Positions 58,598 through 64,000 of a DNA stretch of 64,000 bases are shown here, piece by piece. Position 1 is the first letter of the stretch; each line of letters begins with the position of its first letter. The notes under the pieces were generated by a model. That model had not been told where the DNA came from and did not search any database. It was given only the letters and a program-made list of their open reading frames with translations. The stretch lies in assembly GCA_964554015.1 (NCBI GenBank), contig CAZKMO010000003.1, forward strand, positions 127 to 64,126, given 5' to 3'. Source of the stretch: an uncultured bacterium (GTDB taxonomy: Bacteria > Zhuqueibacterota > QNDG01 > CAYUAG01). Both the position numbers and the translations under genes were made by a program.

Positions 58598-58822
58598 TTA
58601 AATTTGTATTTGTGCTTTATGTTTTCCCTCGGCATCAGTGGTGCACATCAGTAATGTTTTTCCTGTCTTTTGACACCAGGCTTTAATATCATTGGGAAAG
58701 GATTCACAATCTGCTTGAACTTCCAGAGTATCACCCGGATTTAACTGAGGGAGCATGGCTGCCACTTTTAAAATTGGTTGGGGACATTTTAATCCTAAAG
58801 TATCAAGTGTCTTTACTGCCAT
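58598..58822 (-). CDS. tusA: TusA-like sulfur carrier
   Basis: LDTLGLKCPQPILK carries the canonical CPxP motif; 74 aa. Confidence 0.8.
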   Translation of the reverse strand: MAVKTLDTLGLKCPQPILKVAAMLPQLNPGDTLEVQADCESFPNDIKAWCQKTGKTLLMCTTDAEGKHKAQIQI

Positions 58823-58993
58823 TTTGCCTATCTCCTTTTTTAAAAATTAATTTCATACATGACTGTGAAGGTTATAGGTTCAGGGTTCCCGGTTAATGTT
58901 CGAAATTCTTGATTTAATATAATAACATTTTTTAATCATTATTACAAACTTTTAAGCTGGAAACTTTTAAACCTTAACCCTTAATATATCTGT

Positions 58994-59386
58994 TTAAAAC
59001 GAAAAAGTCAAAGTTGCATCTTTGGCTTCATTGATAAAGGTGGTCGCACCGACTACTTCAATCCCGTCATTTAAATCCTCCCGGGTAAAATCATGCACAT
59101 CAAAGGCTAATTCACACACCAGTAACCTTCCTCCTAAGTTGAGAAAACCTTTGTATAATTCTTCCAGATCCGGAAGTGATGGTGCAGCTTGGTTTAATTC
59201 TTGAAGTTTTCCTTTTTTCATAGCTGGTGCTCCCCCCGGACAAAAGAAAATAATAACGTCATCCCCGCTGGCAACAGCTGATGACCCCAATATAAAAGGG
59301 GGATACACATTTTTGGTTTCTGAACCATTTACGGTAATTGCCATTTTTGCCATCTTTTTACCTCCACTGTTTTTCAGCAGATACAT
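58994..59386 (-). CDS. DsrE/DsrF-like (COG2210-type) sulfur-relay protein
   Basis: KMAITVNGSE...VYPPFILGSSAVASGDDVIIFFCPGGAPAMKKG matches the COG2210 pattern (AII.SSG...A...A.A...G..V..FFTFWG); candidate active Cys in FFCPGG. Confidence 0.55.
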   Translation of the reverse strand: MYLLKNSGGKKMAKMAITVNGSETKNVYPPFILGSSAVASGDDVIIFFCPGGAPAMKKGKLQELNQAAPSLPDLEELYKGFLNLGGRLLVCELAFDVHDFTREDLNDGIEVVGATTFINEAKDATLTFSF

Positions 59387-59459
59387 TGAATATACACATA
59401 ATACAATATTTTCTCAAAAAAAATTCATTCCTTTTCTTACCATTTCTGATTAATTATGA

Positions 59460-59852
59460 TCAATACACTATTGGTCCCAGATTATTTATATCATCAACAA
59501 AATTATTTACAATCTGCTGCAATTTTGCTGATTCCCCTTTATCAACCCATTCCAGTCTCAATCTGTCCGGATTAATACCGATTTGGTAAAGCATCATTTT
59601 TAATAAGGTAATTCTCCCCACAGTTTTATAATTTCCATCATGCTCACATTTTTCCTCAGGACAGGCGGTTATTAACACACCACTCACACCTTTCTGAAAG
59701 GTTTGTAAAATTAATTCCGGTGAAATACGACCGGAACACATGCTTACCAGAAATTTATGCTGATTATCAGTTTGCTGGGATAAGGTTCGGGAAAATTGCA
59801 ATCCCGGATAAGTAGACCAGTTACAATAAAACACAACAGTCTTTGTTTTCAT
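59460..59852 (-). CDS. Divergent MvhD-like protein (first motif CNWS instead of CNWC)
   Basis: VVFYCNWSTYPG...SMCSGRISPE...ITACPEEKCEHDGNY; start overlaps the upstream stop (ATGA). Confidence 0.6.
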   Translation of the reverse strand: MKTKTVVFYCNWSTYPGLQFSRTLSQQTDNQHKFLVSMCSGRISPELILQTFQKGVSGVLITACPEEKCEHDGNYKTVGRITLLKMMLYQIGINPDRLRLEWVDKGESAKLQQIVNNFVDDINNLGPIVY

Positions 59853-60412
59853 TCATTAACTCCTTCCAGAAATTCTTCTACCTGTTCATATAATTCTTTC
59901 TGACTTAAGCCAAATCCTTCCCGGCTGTAGGCTGCACCAGAGGGGCAGGCTGCCACACAGCAACCACAACTCTGGCATTTAACTCTGTCCACTACGATTT
60001 TATCGTTTTTTTCATCATAGGATCTGGCTTCATGTTTACAGACTGAGATACAAATCCGGCAACGACTGCACAGATCATCATTGGTTCGGGAGGTAGTTCC
60101 CAAAGCTTCAAATCCTGCCTCTACAAAATCAGCTTTGGCATCATTTAAAATATCGGTAATATCAACTTTAGCTGAACAGGCAGCATCACAGCGTTTGCAC
60201 ATATAACATTCAAATATTCTTTCAACTATTTCTTCATCCGGTTTGATATTACCCTGAAGCATACCATACAGCATGATTAATTTCCCCCTGGGAGTATCTG
60301 ATTCCCATCCGGTTATTTTAAAAATATGACAGTTTTCAAAACAATAGCCACAGCGTATACATACATGTAATTTATCCTGCCATTTTTTCAAACTTTCAAA
60401 TTTCATTTTCAT
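59849..60412 (-). CDS. HdrC-like polyferredoxin with four CxxCxxCxxxC motifs
   Basis: CIRCGYCFENC, CYMCKRCDAAC, CSRCRICISVC, CQSCGCCVAAC; TGA stop. Confidence 0.7.
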   Translation of the reverse strand: MKMKFESLKKWQDKLHVCIRCGYCFENCHIFKITGWESDTPRGKLIMLYGMLQGNIKPDEEIVERIFECYMCKRCDAACSAKVDITDILNDAKADFVEAGFEALGTTSRTNDDLCSRCRICISVCKHEARSYDEKNDKIVVDRVKCQSCGCCVAACPSGAAYSREGFGLSQKELYEQVEEFLEGVNE

Positions 60413-60430
60413 TCCTCAGTTTTGAATAAA

Positions 60431-61498
60431 TCAATTTAATGCTTCCGCCACTAAATCAAGTACATTTAATACCTTTATTTTTCCATTGTATTCAGCAGCC
60501 ATATTCTTAAGATTTAATTCACAAGTAGGGCATAAGGTTACTAAATAATCTGCCTTGGTCTCCACTGCTTGTTTAACCCGATTGAAAGCTAACTGTTGAG
60601 ATAATTTTTTATCCGTAACCAGTAATCCCCCTCCTCCTCCACAGCAGGTTGCTTCCTTACCAAAGGTAGACATTTCAATAACTTCAGCACCTATTTCATT
60701 CAACAACCATCGTGGTTCGTCAACCATATCCAAACCTCTGGCCACATTACAGGGATCATGATAGGTTACTTTCAGGTTAAGTTTTTTAATCTTATTTTTA
60801 TAATTCGGAAGCAGTTTCACAATTTCATTTATAATATATTTTGCCTTCAAATCAGGATATTTCTTCTTAATGAAAAATACACAGGTAGTACAGGCGCATA
60901 TAATTTCATCATTGGTATCAGGAATAGACTCTCTGAATGTATTTTGCTGTTCAGAAAAACCTTTTTTATTTCCTAAAACCGCAAAGGGCATACCACAGCA
61001 GGTTTCTTCAAAAGTTTTTGGTTTAACTCCTAATTTCTCCAAAATATGAAGATATTTTTCCGAATCCTGTTTTCTCTCCAATAATCTGCACCCTAATAAA
61101 ACAGTTTTTTCCCCTTTAAATTCAGGAGCAGTTAAGTTTTGATTAAAAATATTACCACTCTGTTGAATTTTATCTAAAAGGAGATCGTGTGCTTCATAAT
61201 GATAACCAGCCTCATACAAATCAGCCCGCACGGCCGATATGATATCCGGTATGGAAACATTGGCAGAACATCTTTCTACACAATCCTTACAAAACGTGCA
61301 TTCATATAATTTCTGGGCAATAAAATCGGAAGGTTCTAATTCATCATATAATAAACCATAACTAAGCACAATCTTGCCCCGAGCTCCATCGACTTCCCAC
61401 CCTTGTTCCTGAAATACCGGACATCCTTCAAAACAGTAACCACAGCGTATGCAGCGATTGAGATCATCAACCCAATTTTTTAGATTTTTTGTTTCCAT
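60431..61498 (-). CDS. HdrD/GlcF-type iron-sulfur subunit: 2x[4Fe-4S] ferredoxin plus two CCG domains
   Basis: CIRCGYCFEGCPV, CTFCKDCVERC; CCG domains ...CCGMPF...CTTC... and ...CCGGGGG...CPTCE. Confidence 0.8.
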   Translation of the reverse strand: METKNLKNWVDDLNRCIRCGYCFEGCPVFQEQGWEVDGARGKIVLSYGLLYDELEPSDFIAQKLYECTFCKDCVERCSANVSIPDIISAVRADLYEAGYHYEAHDLLLDKIQQSGNIFNQNLTAPEFKGEKTVLLGCRLLERKQDSEKYLHILEKLGVKPKTFEETCCGMPFAVLGNKKGFSEQQNTFRESIPDTNDEIICACTTCVFFIKKKYPDLKAKYIINEIVKLLPNYKNKIKKLNLKVTYHDPCNVARGLDMVDEPRWLLNEIGAEVIEMSTFGKEATCCGGGGGLLVTDKKLSQQLAFNRVKQAVETKADYLVTLCPTCELNLKNMAAEYNGKIKVLNVLDLVAEALN

Positions 61499-61532
61499 TC
61501 CACCTTTCCCAAAATAGTATTAAGGTAAAAGA

Positions 61533-62975
61533 TTAATTAACGTTATACCGTAATTTAGTAGCAGTAACCCAATCATCAGGAGCATCCATCATCTTCCCTG
61601 GATTTAAAATATTATTAGGATCAAGTGCATTTTTGATGGCTTTCATATAAGGAAGTGAATCCTTTTTTTCCCGTTTAAAGGCAGGGGCTTTAGATAATCC
61701 GATTCCGTGTTCAGCTGAAGTAGTCCCACCCATTTCCATTACATAGTCATAAATTTCCTGCACCGCTTTTTTGGCATTATACCACTGTTTTCCTTTGGTT
61801 GCATCCATAAGAATTTTTGTATGCATACAACCGGAACCGCAATGGCCATAAGCAGTCATTATAACATTATTCTTTTTGGCAATCTCATGAATCCTGCGGG
61901 CCATTTTAGCCATTTTGGAATAAGGTACTGCCATATCATCAGCAAGAGAGGTGCAGGAATACAGATCCTTATACTTTGACAAGGCTGGAAACAGTTTTTT
62001 TCTTCCGGCAAAAAGTTTGGTTCGCGTTTCTGTATCATAGCTGTACTGTATCCCGCTTCCCTTATGTTCTTGACAAATCTTTTTCATTTTTTCAATCTCG
62101 AAATCTACTGCCTCTTTTACCATCCCATCAGCTTCAAACATTAAAATTGCTTCCACATCCGGTAATCCCATATCCATGGCTTTATTCACTGCAGTAATAG
62201 CAACATTATCCATCAGTTCCAGCAGGGAAGGCTGACACCCCCCGGCCATAATGGCAGCTATGGTATCGCCGGCATCTTCTAAGGTATTAAAATTTGCTAC
62301 TCCCAGACAGCGGAATTTGGGAAGGGGAACAAATTTCAACATTGCCTCTACAATGACTCCCAGGGTACCTTCTGAGCCTACTATTAATCTGTCCAATTGA
62401 TATCCAGCTGCTTCCACTCTGGTCCGGGAGCCCAGGTGTACTAAACTTCCGTCAGCCATTACCACTTCCATTCCCAGCAGGGAATCTCTAACAGCACCAT
62501 ACTTCACTGATCGTACTCCGCTGGCATTATTGGCAATTTCACCACCAATGGTCGCCACTCGGCTGGAAGCAGGGGCCACCGGATAAAAAACACCATAGGG
62601 TTTCAAAGCCCTGTTCAAGTCATCATCAATCACTCCCGCTTCTACTCGGCAATATCCATCCTGGAGATTTATTTCCAGAATTTTATTCATCTTTTTTAAA
62701 TCCAGGACAATACCCCCTTTAATAGGTACTGCCTGTCCTGACATTCCTGAACCCGATCCTCGAGGGGTAACAGGAATTTTCTCTGAGTTGGCATAACGGA
62801 CAATCTTCTGTACCTGTTCTTTTGTTTCCGGACGAATCACTACCCAGGCAAATGCCTCATGCACAGATGAATCTGAGCCATACACATATCTGGTTGCCGG
62901 ATCATCCCTGATATTATCTTTTCCTACAATTTTGCTTAATTTGTTAATATCTACTTTTGCCATAATTTTCCTCAA
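61533..62975 (-). CDS. FAD-linked oxidase of the GlcD / D-lactate dehydrogenase family
   Basis: PVTPRGSGSGMSGQAVP...GGIVLDLKKMNKI FAD-binding PCMH domain; C-terminal AEHGIGLSKAP...LDPNNILNPGKM. Confidence 0.85.
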   Translation of the reverse strand: MRKIMAKVDINKLSKIVGKDNIRDDPATRYVYGSDSSVHEAFAWVVIRPETKEQVQKIVRYANSEKIPVTPRGSGSGMSGQAVPIKGGIVLDLKKMNKILEINLQDGYCRVEAGVIDDDLNRALKPYGVFYPVAPASSRVATIGGEIANNASGVRSVKYGAVRDSLLGMEVVMADGSLVHLGSRTRVEAAGYQLDRLIVGSEGTLGVIVEAMLKFVPLPKFRCLGVANFNTLEDAGDTIAAIMAGGCQPSLLELMDNVAITAVNKAMDMGLPDVEAILMFEADGMVKEAVDFEIEKMKKICQEHKGSGIQYSYDTETRTKLFAGRKKLFPALSKYKDLYSCTSLADDMAVPYSKMAKMARRIHEIAKKNNVIMTAYGHCGSGCMHTKILMDATKGKQWYNAKKAVQEIYDYVMEMGGTTSAEHGIGLSKAPAFKREKKDSLPYMKAIKNALDPNNILNPGKMMDAPDDWVTATKLRYNVN

Positions 62976-62996
62976 TAAATTATAATTTTATTACAC

Positions 62997-63410
62997 CTAT
63001 TTTAACAATACTATTTTTGCTCTGGCTTTCGCATATATCTTGTCGTTTTCATCTTTTAGAGTGCTCTTTCCTATTAGCAATTTACCTTTATCTTCCAGTA
63101 TTTCCCCCTGAACAATAAATTCCTTTTTTATAAGAACCGGTTTCAAAAATCGAATCTTCAGTTCTGCAGTCAATCCTAAGGTTTCTTTGGCAGCATATAA
63201 TGCCCATATTATAGCATCATCTAAAATGGCACTGATAATACCGCCATGAACCATATTTTCATATCCGAGATGCTGGCTGCCACCCTGAAACCTAGTTTCC
63301 GATTTTCCCTTGTGCAAGGAAAATTTCAACTGTAATCCACAGGGATTATCCTGTCCGCAGACAAAGCAGTTGGGAAAGGTTGGGATAGATGTGGGTTCAA
63401 TTGTTTGCAT
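62997..63410 (-). CDS. Hotdog-fold thioesterase (PaaI/YdiI family)
   Basis: N-terminal CFVCGQDNPCGLQLKF and HGGIISAILDD. Confidence 0.7.
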   Translation of the reverse strand: MQTIEPTSIPTFPNCFVCGQDNPCGLQLKFSLHKGKSETRFQGGSQHLGYENMVHGGIISAILDDAIIWALYAAKETLGLTAELKIRFLKPVLIKKEFIVQGEILEDKGKLLIGKSTLKDENDKIYAKARAKIVLLK

Positions 63411-63427
63411 TTGATATAATTATAATT

Positions 63428-64000
63428 TTAAGCTGACTTCAGCACTTTTTGCATAGTTATTCCTATATCGGCCGGTGAATCAGTCACAGTTACTCCGCAT
63501 TTGCGTAAAGTATCTATCTTTTCTTTCGCAGTTCCTTTTCCTCCTGCTATGATAGCACCGGCATGTCCCATCCGTTTCCCGGGAGGTGCAGTTCTCCCTG
63601 CAATAAAACCTACTACCGGTTTATTAAATTCCTCTTTTATATATGCAGCTGCTGCTTCTTCATCACCTCCTCCTATTTCACCAATCATTACCACGCCTTC
63701 TGTTTCCGGATCATTTTTAAAAAGTTTTAAGGCATCAATGAATCTGGTGCCTATAATGGGATCTCCTCCCAGACCGATGCAGGTTGTCTGTCCTAATCCT
63801 TGTTTGGTAAGCTGATCAACTGCTTCATAGGTTAAAGTACCGCTTCTGGATATTACTCCGATTTTGCCCGGAGAATGAATAAAACCTGGCATTATGCCAA
63901 TCTTGCATTTTCCGGGAGTAATGACACCAGGACAATTAGGTCCAATCAAACGAACCTTTTTACCCTGTAAAAAGGTAATAACCTTAATCATATCCAAAGT
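63428..64000 (-). CDS. sucD: Succinyl-CoA synthetase alpha subunit; 5' end lies beyond the right window edge
   Basis: [23 protein letters not shown]...[12 protein letters not shown], plus phosphohistidine loop GHAGAII. Confidence 0.85.
   Translation of the reverse strand, partial: TLDMIKVITFLQGKKVRLIGPNCPGVITPGKCKIGIMPGFIHSPGKIGVISRSGTLTYEAVDQLTKQGLGQTTCIGLGGDPIIGTRFIDALKLFKNDPETEGVVMIGEIGGGDEEAAAAYIKEEFNKPVVGFIAGRTAPPGKRMGHAGAIIAGGKGTAKEKIDTLRKCGVTVTDSPADIGITMQKVLKSA

Noticed and set aside
1-64000. CRISPR arrays, IS elements, integrases, tRNA/rRNA genes
   Set aside because: No direct-repeat/spacer periodicity, no transposase- or integrase-like ORFs, and no GC-rich stretches compatible with tRNA or rRNA. 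All intergenic regions are AT-rich promoter or terminator-like sequence.

Overview
AT-rich (about 30% GC) chromosomal window from an anaerobic bacterium. Almost every gene is on the minus strand and tightly packed; TAA is the usual stop and TGA is also used as a stop. No rRNA, tRNA, CRISPR array, transposase or integrase was seen. In order along the window: (i) two paralogous signalling islands with the same layout (sensor kinases, then a sigma-54 activator, then a GG-N10-GC sigma-54 promoter, then a CheY-like regulator), one of which ends in an ftsZ with a long C-terminal tail; (ii) housekeeping genes (gcvPB, ptsI, def, thiC, ggt, pcm, a spoU-family methyltransferase, and the conserved yceD-rpmF-plsX-fabHDG-acpP-fabF-rnc cluster followed by an acyl-CoA dehydrogenase); (iii) a cheB whose receiver and methylesterase domains are split by one in-frame TAA; (iv) an operon joining class I fumarate hydratase, an orphan NiFe-hydrogenase maturation protease, NuoE/NuoF-like subunits, a NuoG/FdhA-like subunit and NfnAB-like proteins; (v) the most interesting locus, about 10.7 kb: one minus-strand operon joining a GlcD/GlcF-type 2-hydroxyacid dehydrogenase, an HdrC-like polyferredoxin, three MvhD-like proteins, two different HdrA-like flavoproteins, two FrhB/FdhB-like flavo-iron-sulfur proteins and an embedded TusA-DsrE sulfur-carrier pair, closed by a clean terminator. 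I read it as a previously undescribed Hdr/Flx-like flavin-based electron-bifurcating or confurcating complex that may be linked to persulfide or sulfur trafficking. All calls rest on motif reading by eye; no searches were run.
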